Notes: generated by a model from the sequence alone, not told the origin. Numbered from the stretch's first letter, positions 24,245-35,960 are shown. The stretch: 54,449 nucleotides of DNA from Callorhinchus milii (GCF_018977255.1 NW_024705321.1:1-54449), one strand, 5' to 3'. Numbers and translations are program-made.

Positions 24245-25400
24245 AGACTGACTGTCTGACATCGAGTCTTGGACGAGAGACAACTTTCTTCAGCTCAACG
24301 TGCGAAAAACCGAGGCCCTCCTGATTGGCTCACGTCGGCGCCTCCGCACCTCAGGCGCCGACACCATCAGCTCCGCACTCTCCACCTCTCAAAGCCATCA
24401 GGAACCTCGGGGTTCCCCTCGACCCTGAGCTGTCCTTTCTCCCTCACATCCGCACCACAACCGGCACCGCCTTCCACCACCTCCGGAACATGGCCAGACT
24501 ACGGCACTACCTCACCCCTCACGCGGCTGAAACTCTGGTTCACGCCTTTGTCACCTCAAGGCTGGACTATGGGAACTCTCTCCTCGCCGGCCTTCCCGCC
24601 ACCTCCCTCCACACTGCAGGTCATTCAGAACTCTGCAGCTCGTGTACTGTCCCGCACCAGACACCGCGACCACATCACTCCCACCCTCACCCTCGCCCTC
24701 ACCCTCGCCCTCACCCACACCCTCGCCCTCGCCCTCGCTCGCCTCCACTGGCTCCCCATCCCCCAGAGGATCGAATTCAAGATCCTCATCCTCACCTACA
24801 AGGCCATTCCCGGCCTCGCTCCCTCCTACCTCTCCGACCTACTATCCCCCCACGTACCCCCCCGTACCCTCCGTTCCTACGGCTCCGGTCTGCTCCACGT
24901 CCCCCGCCCCAACCGCCCTACCATCGGTGGTCGGGCCTTCAGCCTCTCAGCCCCAAGGCTCTGGAACTCCATCCCCAGTGCCTTCGCCGCCTCCTCCCTC
25001 TTCTCCTTCAAGGCCGGTCTCAAGACCTTTCTCTTTGACCTTCAGCCTTCAGCTCCGCTCTTGACTCTCTACCCCCTCCTCACTCCCTCCCTTCCCTCGC
25101 CTCACCCTGACCATTTCCCCCCTCCTCGCTCCCTCCCTTCCCTCCCCTCACCCTGACCATTTCCCCCCTCCTCTCTCCCTCCCTTCCCTCCCCTCCCCCT
25201 GACCATTTCCCCCCTCCTCGCTCCCTCCCTTCCCTCCCCTCACCCTGACCATCCCCCCCTCCTCGCTCCCTCCCTTCCCTCCCCTCACCCTGACCATTTC
25301 CCCCCAATGCTCGGGTCATGACCCAACTGTGCAGCGCCTTGGGACGTCCTCCCGACGTGAAAGGCGCTTTATAAATGGAATCTTGTTGTTGTTGTTGTTT
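24245..25400 (+). mobile_element. Young 5'-truncated L2 LINE inserted into an older SINE
   Basis: [18 protein letters not shown]...[40 protein letters not shown]; CpG-rich; (TTG)n tail. Flanks 24175-24250 and 25401-25465 resemble two halves of the SINE. Confidence 0.9.
25070..25305 (+). repeat. 46-bp pyrimidine-rich VNTR (5 units) in the L2 3' UTR
   Basis: CCAT(TT) recurs at 25111, 25157, 25203, 25249, 25294. Confidence 0.9.
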
Positions 25401-25769
25401 TTAGGAGAAAATGGCAACCAATTTGCAAAGGAAAATCCCATAAGCTGCCGTGAAGTGAATGAAGGATGTTATCTGGGCATTGCTGGTCTAGTGGTAGTGC
25501 GATGGGATTTTTAAAGTTCACCTGAATTGGAAGGGTTCTCTCTTTCAGTGCCCTCCTGTTTTGCGGGTGAGTTGGGGGGTCAGTCAGGTCTCTTCGCAGC
25601 TGTGGAATGTGGAAATCGGGTCCGAGCTCTGTGCGGGTCTCCTGTGTGGCTTCTGCACCAGGTGTGGGCTGATAGCATTGTGGGCACTGCTGGTGGACAG
25701 ACCCGGAGCGGCAGACAAGTCATTGGGGGTTGAGGTTCTTCCCCCTCAGCTCCTGTGACCCTACAACCC

Positions 25770-26300
25770 AAAGCCCTGTCGGGGCGCGCGGTCCTGACTG
25801 GACAGACCGCGGGAAAGCGGGTTACACTCCAGCAGTTACCCCAACACACACTCCGGGTCCGCCCCCAACCCCGGCCTCATCCTCTCTGGTGTCCATTCCG
25901 CGGTAAGTTGCGGGTGTCCGCGCGTGTCTGACGGCAGCGGCTGCGATGCGGGTCCGGGGACGGCCATTTTGAGTGTCCGGGCGGAAGGGGCGTGGCCTCA
26001 CAGCCGAGTGACGGCAGACGCCGGAAGCGCCGCCATTTTGAGTGCGTCTTCTCAGCGGGTGGAGCTGCGCGCGGGACTGGGATCAGCGATACCGACCGAG
26101 ACCTCAGTGAGTGACCCCCCGCTCGGGGGGAGAGAGCGTGGAGAGGTGGGAGGGAGGACAAGCGGGGGGAGGGAGACAGGGAACAGTGGGGTGGGGAGCC
26201 GGGCCCCGGGGGTGTCGGGGGATGTTCAAGACGGGCCTCGCTCCAGCAGCTGGGAAGGCCGAGACCATGACAAGTTGTAGCACGAGCTCAGGCCGCAGGC
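25770..26300 (+). promoter_or_regulatory. CpG-island promoter of CELF1 with YY1, ETS and KLF/Sp-type motifs
   Basis: The only dense non-repeat CpG cluster in the window. GCCATTTT at 25963 and 26032 (YY1-type), CCGGAAG at 26021 (ETS-type), GGGGCGTGGC at 25987 (KLF/Sp-type). Confidence 0.8.
25950..26106 (+). other. CELF1: Putative non-coding exon 1 of CELF1 (start approximate)
   Basis: Donor CTCA|gtgagt at 26106/26107 inside the CpG island; transcription start not determinable. Confidence 0.6.
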
Positions 26301-26880
26301 GGTGTGGGGGGTTGGGGGGCGCTGGCAGTGTGGAGGGGGGCAGGCGGGTGGTGGGGTGGGGGGCAGGCGGGGGGGGGTGGTGGGGTGGGGGGCAGGCGGG
26401 GTGGTGGGGTGGGGGGCAGGCAGGGTGGTGGGAGGCGGGGTGGGGGGCAGGCGGGGTGGTGGGGGGGCTGCAGGCGGGGTGGTGGGGTGGGGGGCAGGCG
26501 GGGTGGTGGGGTGGGGGGCAGGCGGGGTGGTGGGGTGGGGGCAGGCGGGGTGGGGGGCAGGCGGGGTGGGGGGCAGGCGGGGTGGTGGGGTGGGGAGCAG
26601 GCGGGGTGGTGGGGGGGCTGCAGGCGGGGTGGTGGGGTGGGGGGCAGGCGGGGTGGCGGGGTGGGGGGCAGGCGGGGTGGGGGCAGGCGGGGTGGTGGGG
26701 TGGGGGGCAGGCGGGGTGGGGGACAGGCGGGGTGGTGGGGTGGGGAGCAGGCGGGGGGTGGGGGGCTGCAGGCGGTGTGGGGGGTTGGGGGGCACTGGCA
26801 GTGTGGGGGGGCTGCAGGCGGTGTGGGGGGTTGGGGGGCACTGGCAGTGTGGGGGGGCCGCAGGCGGTGGAGGGGGCCGC
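26296..26880 (+). repeat. G-rich tandem repeat (GGGGGCAGGCGGGGTGGTGGGGT-like units)
   Basis: Directly visible, with extreme G skew. Confidence 0.95.
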
Positions 26881-27044
26881 AGGAGGGACTTGTTAGATGA
26901 TGAACCTTCTATCCGCTGCCCAAGAGATGCCTGAACAGTCTCACCAGATAATAGATTCTCAGACTTTGGTGAACATGGGCTTTGGAGAGTTATTAAAGAA
27001 GATGGGGATGGCTTTTGCAAAGTAGACTTGGAGATGTCCATTTG

Positions 27045-27480
27045 ACATCAACAACAACACCAAGTACAATTGTATATCGATTTTCAGGAGATGTCCCAAG
27101 GCGCTGGACGGTTAAGGAGCTGGTGGTTGGAATCAGGAGGGTGGGGAGGGTATGAGTAAGAGGGTGGCCGAAGGTTGAAGAGGAGGGTCTTGAGGCAAGC
27201 ATTGAAGGAGGCAAGGGAGAGAGAGAGGCGAAGGGACTGTGAGATGGTTTCCAAAGGATGGGGGGCAGAAAGGCTGAAGGTTCAACTGCCAGTGGTTGGC
27301 GGGCTGGGGTTCGCTGATTGGAGAGAGCAGACAGGTCGGTTTGGAGTTCCCAGGTTATAGAAGTAGGGAGGCCCAAGGCCGTGGATGGCTTTGAAATTGA
27401 GAACAAGCATCTTGAACGTTATCCTCTCGGGGATGTGGAACCAGTGAGGATGGGGTTGATTGGTTCATGGAGCTTAGTGC
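27045..27480 (-). mobile_element. Old L2 3' fragment
   Basis: (CAA)n tail, GTCCCAAGGCGCTG, GAAGAGGAGGGTCTTGAGG as in other L2 copies. Confidence 0.7.
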
Positions 27481-27679
27481 GTCTGATGGGTGAGGTGATG
27501 ACCATGATTGTCAATAGATTAAAGTATTGATGTATGGAGCTGGAGCTATTAGATTGCGAGAAATGTGAAGAATCTTGGATTCTTATTCCTGCATTGGGCA
27601 AAGAGGAAATCCAGTTTTAGTTGAATATATACAGTGGACAAGATCATTAATATTTTGAAGTAACTAAGCTAGGCTGAAC

Positions 27680-27960
27680 TGCAGTGGAACACTGGATTGT
27701 CAGAGATGCCATCCTTCTGATGTAAACTACCTGTCTGTTCAGGTGGGCATTAAAGATCCCATGTCCCTGTTGCGAAAAAGAGTGTCCTGGCCAACAGTTC
27801 CCCAGATAAAATTAGTCATTCGCTTCTTGTTGGCTTTTGCATTCATCCACAAAATTTGGGCGAGACATTCACAAATTTCATGATCTTGCTTCAACCTCTG
27901 TTAGTAACTGTTTGGAGATGTTCATTCTATGTAAAGCATTACTTGAATGCAAGTTATTTT
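27680..27960 (+). mobile_element. Decayed Deu-domain SINE
   Basis: CTGTTCAGGTGGGCATTAAAGATCCCATG...GTGTCCTGGCCAA resembles the Deu domain and the copy at 31505-31890. Confidence 0.55.
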
Positions 27961-30900
27961 ATTGCCCAGCCAGTCAAGGTTCCTGACTTTGGGAGGGGGG
28001 AAGAGAGGTGGGAGGAGTTCAACTGCTTGAGTCTCAGTGCTGCGGTATAGCTTAGTTGTGGCTGCAGGGATGGAAGCGATGGGGTTGTTGGTCTCAATTT
28101 CTGCATTGAAATTTCTGTATTTTTATCTCTTTTAGTTTTTTATTAAGATTTGTATTACTAATTTTGTGTTTTTCCACCTCTGCTGGCACCTCTAACAGGG
28201 GAGGGAGGTGAGAGAATTGCATTGCTTGCTCCTTATATACACGGGTGATAGAATAGTGTTTTTGACTGCTGTGAACTTGAATATTAACCCTGGTGTCAAC
28301 AACAACTTGGATTTACAACAACAACTTGGATTTAAATAGCACCCTCCACGCCAAACAGCGTCTCAGAGCGCTTCACAGTAACGGATCCCGGGGCCGAGCA
28401 AGGGGGAGGGGGAAGGAAGGTGACCAAAGGCGCAGTCGAAAAGAAAAGTCAGTAAAGACTAGACTAATCAAATCAATTGTTCTGAGTTTTCTAAATTCAC
28501 GCTGTTCATTAGCTATAAATGAGTATTTGGAGAGGACTTTGATTGCTGTAAATTCAGCTAAGTCTGCAAGATTCAGTAATGTAGAAATCGTGCAATTTAC
28601 ATCAATATAATCTTACATATCTCAGGGTGGGGGGCTGGGGGACAAGAAGCAGGAATCATTTGGACGTGATGCCAAGAGGTTTAAAGTAACAGTTGGTTTA
28701 AAAACTGCACCCAATTATATTTTTTACTCAAATTAATGTTAGGCATTGTCGTAAGTTTTGTCATTCCTGGCATCTGTTCACTGCAGCAGGAATTCAATCA
28801 GTAGGGGCTCTGTCGCTGTGCAGTATCTGTGCTCAATTAAACACGACACTGTATAATCCTTGGATATCCTTTTCAGTGTAATAAACCTTCATTTATGCCT
28901 GTTCTCAGAGTATAATTGTGAGACTCTCCCTTCCATAGAAATGAGCTGAACAGCTGTTTAAAAAGAGAAGTTAACATGATTGAAATGGCACTCACAGAGA
29001 AATGAAATCAGAGCTATTCACAGGCAGCCCTGAAACATGCTGATGATGTAGAAGCATTGAAGGGTCAGTATGTGCTGGTGTGGATTGCAGGCTGCTTTAG
29101 CTTGTGCGCTTGGCTCAAATGATATTTCTTAGATGGGCTTGGTGCACATTTTTCTTCCTGACATTTCTTGTCTTGAAGTCATAGTTGTGTGTCCTAGAGT
29201 GCAACTGAAAGGCAGGCTGTCATTTCAGCGTCTCTCTCATTGCTGTTGCTGGTTCAGGTTAGATCTGATGCTAGACAATCCTATAGCACTTCTGCTTTTT
29301 TGATTATTCTACATTAGAATGAAATACCATTGACAATTGTTGAGATACAAGTGACATTGCTGGACCATTAAAGCTGAAACATTTTGATGTGCTCTTCAAT
29401 ATGACTTTATATCTCGAGACTTGTGTGAGGGTGAGCAGATAGACGTGATTCTCTTTTGAGTGTGAACAGATAGACATGAGAAACTTGTGAATGTGACCAG
29501 ATGGATACAAGCTGCAAGGGTTATTAATTTATTAGCTGAAAGAATTATGAGCATGAAGAGATAGATCTGTGAGGTTTATGAGTGTGAACAGATAGACCAG
29601 ACAGATTGGTGAGTGTGAACAGGTAGACTGGGCAGACTATGTGTGAGACTGCATAGAGCATTTTGAGATGCTGACACCCCAAACCTTGCCCATGTATAAG
29701 CTTGGACAATAACTGCAGGCCTCATCGGTCACATTTGATTTGTGCTCTATACAAGTAAACACTTAATCAGATCAGAAGTTGTTGTGAGCAGCAAACCTCA
29801 TTGAGTTTCCCTCCCAGGCCCGGGTTGTGCTGCTCTGTATCTGCTGCATTAACAATGGAGCTCTTTAATCCATTGCTGGAACCTTTAGATTTTTGGATGT
29901 TAGACTATTGAGTTGTCAATGAGCTGCAGGTTCCAGTAAAATATCCTGACAGCACTGACTAAATGTACAATGGAATATGGCAACCCAGTTTCTGTTTTTG
30001 AAGAGTGAGAAATATTTAACAATTGAAACCTCCTCTGTGAAGCATGTCTGAGCAGTGTTGTCGGGCAGCTTGTGCTGGGTTTGATTCTCTCACCGGAGGG
30101 TAAGCAGGAGCTGTTGAACAGAATGATAATTGCAGGTAGTTTGAGGAGATACGTTCAGGCGAGTAGCGAGCAGCCTCTGCTAGTTTGGGTCCTGATGCAG
30201 CTGTCACAGTGGCGGAGTGCCAGAGATCACATCCTGAGCAGCTTCCTTGCCTGTAGCAGGAGCACAAATAAAATGCATTAAACCTGACTATAGGCTTAGC
30301 CCCTCCTGGTATTAGTTGTGTTTGTTTAATGTAAACAGACTAAGTGTGTACTCCTCGGTTGAATATAGCAATGACTGCTTCAACAGAGGTTTGCCAGGTG
30401 AATGAAGGGGATAACCCATCTCACAGTGTGGCTCTTTGCAGTGAGTATGAGTAAGTAATCATTTTCTAAAGTGTGCATGAAGATAAAACACATAAGCAAG
30501 CTAAATTTGTGAGTTTTTCAGAATGAGCTGAATAGAGCAAGCAGGAGAGGTATGTTTGGTAATGTCAACCTCAGTGCTGAGTGCAGTGAGTCGACCGCTC
30601 ACTGCCATCTCTGCTCCCAAACAATACAAAGCTTTCTGCCATGCAGAGGAGATCAATTTAGTTTGAAATCCTTGAAATGGCTACAAGACTGTGATGGTGT
30701 TGACCAGGTTGATGAAGCACAAGGAAAGTGTCAGCACATTGAATGTGTTGCTGCAGTGTGAGGGAGACAGTGGCCGTGTTTAATTAGTTATGCTGAGTCC
30801 CTAACGTTACGGATGGAGGGAGCACTGGTGGCCTATGTCCTTGCTGAGGATGGTACAGGGCCTGTGGCCAGGTAAGCATTAACCCATCTATCTTGGGCTC

Positions 30901-31099
30901 TGGAATTCTGCCTTACTAATGTGGATGTGATTTCTCTTTGGCCCAACCTTCTTTGCTGGGTAGGTCTTGGGGATTGCTGTCTTTAGCTTCTTTCTCCATG
31001 GTGCTCATGTTCAAGTCTGGAAGCTGTTGAAATGTAAGAGTCTTTGCTTCTAGTAATATAAGAAAGCTTATTCTAGCTAAGTGCCACCATGCATACATC

Positions 31100-31240
31100 A
31101 AACGGCAAAATACTGCAGAGACTGGAAATCTGAAATAAAATCAGAAGTGGTTGGGAACACTCAGCAGATCAGGCAGCATCTATGGAGAGAGGAAAATGAG
31201 TTAACGTTCAGGTCATCGACCTGCTGAGTGTTCCTATTTC
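31100..31240. mobile_element. Remnant of a common chondrichthyan repeat, probably a Penelope-like terminal region
   Basis: AAAATACTGCAGAGACTGGAAATCTGAAATAAAA...CTCAGCAGATCAGGCAGCATCTATGGAGAGAG with inverted GACCTGCTGAGTGTT; family assignment from recall only. Confidence 0.45.
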
Positions 31241-31504
31241 CATGCGTACATCGTTTAGTGAAATGGGATGTTCTAGAAAGCTGGTATTTTCAGCCTTAGT
31301 TAACTGGCCATGCCGCATGACAGCAGCCATTACAAAATGTTGCCAGCAGCTCCACTTGCCCGTTGGCTTACCACCTGAAAACTTTTGATCTGTGATTTAA
31401 AATGTGATCAATTTAAATATTTTCTGAAGATGATGAATTTTGGCTGTGTTTTGTATACCTGGAATGGTTCTGGAAACAGAATGACAATGTAATGTGTCGC
31501 AGGC

Positions 31505-31890
31505 TGGTACCGAGAGGTAGCACTCTTGCTTCTGAGGCGGAAGGTTGGGGGTTCAAGCTCCATTTCAGGACTTGAACTCGTATAGTCTAACCCGACACGA
31601 AGATGCTGTGGTCCTTCAAATGAGATCTGGAACTGAAGTCCCACTTGTCTGTTCGAGTGGATATTAAAGATCCCAAGGCACTATTTGAAAAGAGAAGGGA
31701 GTTTCTCCCATTGTCCTTGCTGACAATCCTGTAATTTAAATTGATCATTGGTTTCATGGTTGTTGGTGGAACGTTGCTGTGCTGTTAACTTGCAAAACAC
31801 ACAATCACTACACTTTAATTCTGTGGAATGCTCTGAGACATCCTCCTGACATGAAAAGTACTAACTTAAATGCAAAGATTATTATTATTA
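31505..31890 (+). mobile_element. Deu-domain SINE (SacSINE1-like), near full length
   Basis: tRNA-like head (GGTAGCACTCTTGCTTCTGAG...GGTTCAAGCTCC), Deu-like core (TAAAGATCCCAAGGCACTATTTGAAAAGAGAAGGGAGTTTCTCCC), L2-type end, (TTA)n. Confidence 0.7.
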
Positions 31891-32061
31891 CAAGAAGTGT
31901 AGTATATTGGTGCATGCTGTCAGGCTGCAGCAATTAATTGATCAATCACAGCTGAAATATTGTTCAGCATTGATAGCTAGTTATTTCTACCATCCTATAG
32001 ATTGCACACTTGATCTTGTACTGAGACTACAGCTATTTCAACGAGTTGTGCCAGCTCGTAG

Positions 32062-32466
32062 TAATAACAATAATAATTCTTGCATTTGATATATCAAGTC
32101 TTCATAATGTCAAGTCGTCAAAACATCTCAAAGCGCTTCATAGGATATACTGTAAAGTGAATTGGATGTATTATTTGGGAGAATGGCGGCAAGTAGTGGT
32201 ACACAGCAATGTCCCACAAAGAACTATGAAGTGAGTGACAAATTGTATTTGGCCAGGACACTGGGAGAAACTCCCTTCTCTTTTCGAATAGCACAGTGGA
32301 ATATTTTATGCCTACCTGAACAGGTAGACAAGACTTCAGTTCAATGTCTCATCTGAAGGACGGCACCTCCAACAATGCAACCCACCTGCAACACTGCATT
32401 GGAGTGTTAGCTTAGACTATGTGATTCCAAGTACTGATGTGGGGCTTGAGCCCACAACCTTCTGAC
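32062..32466 (-). mobile_element. Deu-domain SINE, opposite orientation
   Basis: TTGGCCAGGACACTGGGAGAAACTCCC...GTCTCATCTGAAGGACGGCACCTCC is the reverse complement of the Deu core. Confidence 0.7.
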
Positions 32467-32728
32467 ATTTCGCCCACAAATATACAGTCAATTCACTTTA
32501 CAGTCTATTCTGTGAAGCGCTTCAAGACATCTAGAAGATGTGAAAAGTGCTATATCAAATGCAAGGATTATTATTAGCGACTTGAGGACTACCTCTGAGC
32601 CAGATCGACACATGCACTAACAATAATAATAATAATCCTTACATTTGATATAGTGCCTTGTCAGGTTTTCGAGATGTCTCAAAGCACTTCACAGGATATG
32701 CTGTAAAGTGAATTGACTGTATAAAATG

Positions 32729-33439
32729 TGAGGTTGACAGGATGTCACTGTAGACTCTGTTTCTGGGCTGTCCAGTGGGTTCGCAATCCATGATTTGATA
32801 CCAATCTGAGATTTTAGAAAGCCATCTTTTAAATTCCCACAGGTTAGCACAGTAATATTTTACAATTGAGACATTAGTTAGAAGTGAACAGAAAATATTT
32901 CTTCATACACAGGATTGTGAAAATGTGTTAATGATTTGCCTAGAAAGCCATAGAATCAGAGTCCATTCATAGACCCGATGATACTCCAGAGCACTGCATT
33001 GTCTTTCAGATGAGAAGTTAAACCAAGGTCCCAAAGGTACGAATCTCCTGGGGTTCTGTCCGACAGTTCCACAGATTTAAAAATCTGGTTGTGGGACTTG
33101 CTGAGTGCAAATTGACTGCATTCGCCTATAAATCACTGGACTTTACACCAGTGGTGGCTCCTGAACATTTGCACGAGTCTAGATAAGCCCGTGTTCGATT
33201 AGTAGCGTGTTTTCATTTTTTTCTTCATTAGAATCATACAGCACAGAAGCAGGCCATTCGGCCCATCGTGTCTGTGCTGGCTCTTTGAAAAGAGCTTCCA
33301 AATCAATCCCACACCCCCACTTTCTCTCCACAGCCCTGATCAACCTCACTCCCCTGTGCTCTCCCCATAGCCCTGCAAACTTGTCCTCCCCAAATAATTA
33401 TCTACTCTCTTAAAAGTTGTTATCAAATCTGCTTCCACC
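32729..33439 (+). repeat. Second copy of the 617-bp duplication (32729-33345) plus a short divergent CR1 extension
   Basis: Identical by eye to 14362-14978; CR1 similarity continues with mismatches to ~33439. Confidence 0.92.
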
Positions 33440-35632
33440 TGGTCTCCGCGTGCTTGTTTTGGCTGCCACTCTGACCCGAGCCTCTCCCCCTGGAAATGCT
33501 GCTCCTCCTACACCCCTCTTTCCACTACTCCCACTCTGTCTTTCTCTCCCACCGCCCTCCCCGCCTTCTCTCTCTCCTGGACCCCACCATTACCTCCCTC
33601 TCTTCAGGCCTGGGCATCCTCCGCCGGGCCCATCATGGCTCTCACCATCGGTTGTCCCAGAGCAGCCACCCCAACTGTCCCACCGCTCACCCTCTCCGCA
33701 CCAGCCGTCAAGCTGCTCCATGATCGCCTCTCCTCCACCTTCAACTCCCTCGTTCTCCTGAAATCCAGAACCATCTCCAAATCTACCCACTCCCCCTGGT
33801 GCAACAGCCATCTCCACTCCCTAAAATCCCAAATCCAATTGCTCGAGTGCAGATGGCTGAAAACCAGCCTCACAGTTCACCACCAGCTGTGGCGCAGGCA
33901 TCTTCACACCTCTTCATCTTCACACCTACCTGTCGCAAGCAAAAACTGTGCACGACTCAAACATCATACTGGAGGCCAACAATAACTCCAAAATCCTATT
34001 CTCCACTGCCCGTCACCTCCGTGCGCCCCCTCAATCATCACATCTAACGCCAAGTGCAAAGAGGTCATGGACATCTCTAAAATTGACAATATCCGCCTGG
34101 CAGCTTCATCCCTCTGCACTGTGTCGCCTACCACCACCCCGATTCCGTCTCCCTCGCCCACCCCGCCTTCAGATCCTACCATGGCCCTCATCCTACATTC
34201 ATTTCCCCCCATCTCTCCACCATCACCACCTGCTACCTCGACCCCCTCCCCACCCAACTGCTGATCACTCAACCCCCCTCCTCTGTCCACTGCTGGCAGA
34301 CACTATTAACCAGTCTCTCTCCTCAGGATCAGTCCCACTCCCCCTCAAAACCGCAGTCATCACCCCCCTACTTAAAAAACCTACCCTCGAGCCCTCCAAC
34401 CTCGGCCACAACCGCCCTATCTCAAGCCTGCCCTTCCTTGCCAAAGCTCTGGAACGCGTTGTTGCCAACCAACTTCAGACCAACTTCCCTCCACACCCTA
34501 CTCCAACTCCTCCAGTCCGTTTTCCACTCTGACTGCCCACAGCACAGAGACAGCGCTCGTGAAGGTCACAAACAATATCCTCTATCTGTGACCAGGGCTT
34601 GCTCTGCCTCCTCGTCCTCCTGGACCTCTCCGCCGCGTTCGACACAGTCAATCATGCCATTCTCCTCCACCGCCTGTCCTCCTCAGTGGTTTGAGTCCTA
34701 GCTTACAAACCGCCAGCGCTACATTTCTACAAATGGCATTTCTTCTCACTTCCACCCGGTCACTTGGGCAGTAGATACCCCAAGGATCCATCCTTGGCCC
34801 CTTCTCTTCCTGATCTATATGCTCCCTCTCAGTGATGTCATCCGCAGACACGGGGTTAACTTCCATATGTATGAGGATGACACTCAACTCTACTTTTTCA
34901 CCTCCAGCTGCGACTCCCAGTCTTCTGATGTTCTGTCAGCTTGTGTGTCCGACATCAAGAGCTGGATGAGCTCAAATTTCCTGCAGATGAACGTCAACAA
35001 GAAGGAAGCCATACTCTTTGGCTCCCGCCGACATCTTCTTGTCTCACCGTACCGACCTCCTCAATCTACCCGACTTGTCCTTAAAACTCTCCCAATCTGA
35101 GCGCAACTTAGGCGTTAGGTTCAATCCCCAGTTTTCTTTCCTCCCCCACATCCGGTCCCGGACCAGCCCCGCTTTCTTCCACCTCCTCCACATTGCAGTC
35201 TCCGACAATGCCTCACCCCAAAAGCTGCCAAAACCGTTGTCCGTGCCTTTGTCGCCTCTCGGCTGGACTATAACCCGCTCCTCACCGGTCTCCCCTCCTC
35301 CACTATTCACAAAATGCAGCTCATTCAAAACTCCACAGCAGTACCCGCTGCCTCCGCTCTGTTGGGTCCAGCTTCCTCCGTGTCCCCCAAATCCTCCGCT
35401 CCACCGTCGGTGACCGTGTCTTCAGCCACTACGCCCTGAAGCTTTGGAACTCCCTCCCTCAACCCCTTGGCCTTGCCCTCTCCTTCCCAATCTTCAGGTC
35501 GCACCTGAAGACCTTCGACCGCAACTACAGTCATTTCCCCCTCCCCCTGGCTCGGCCTCGGGCTCTGCCATTGTTAAGCTCTGAGAAGCCACCCGTTGTG
35601 GAGGGCGCTTTATAGATGCAAGTGGTTGTTTT
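33440..35632 (+). mobile_element. Decayed L2 LINE
   Basis: [16 protein letters not shown]...[31 protein letters not shown]2-type tail at ~35600-35632. Confidence 0.85.
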
Positions 35633-35960
35633 GTGAAGACAGGTGCGAAGTCCTCATTCAGTACTTCAGCTATGCCCTCTGCCTCCACAAGATAATTTCC
35701 TCTTTGGTCCCTAATTGGACCCACCCAACTGTGACTAACCTTTTATTCTTTATATGCTTATAAAATACCTTACGGTTCCCTATTATGTTCCCTGCTAATC
35801 TTTTATCCAATCTCTTTGCCCCTCTTATTGCCTTTTTCACTTCTCTGTACTTTCTATATTCTATTTGATTATCTTCTGTATTTTGACCCTGACATTTATC
35901 ATAAGCCTCTGTTTTTAGTTTAATCCCAATTTCCTTATTCATCCAGGGAGGTTTGGATGG
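35633..35960 (-). mobile_element. CR1 ORF2 internal fragment
   Basis: KPPWMNKEI...KKAIRGAKR...FYKHIKNKR and GPIRDQRGNYLVEAEGIAEVLNEDFAPVFT. Confidence 0.75.

Noticed and set aside
26104..27041. Gly/Trp-rich and Pro-rich ORFs near the CpG island
   Set aside because: Translations of the G-rich tandem repeat.
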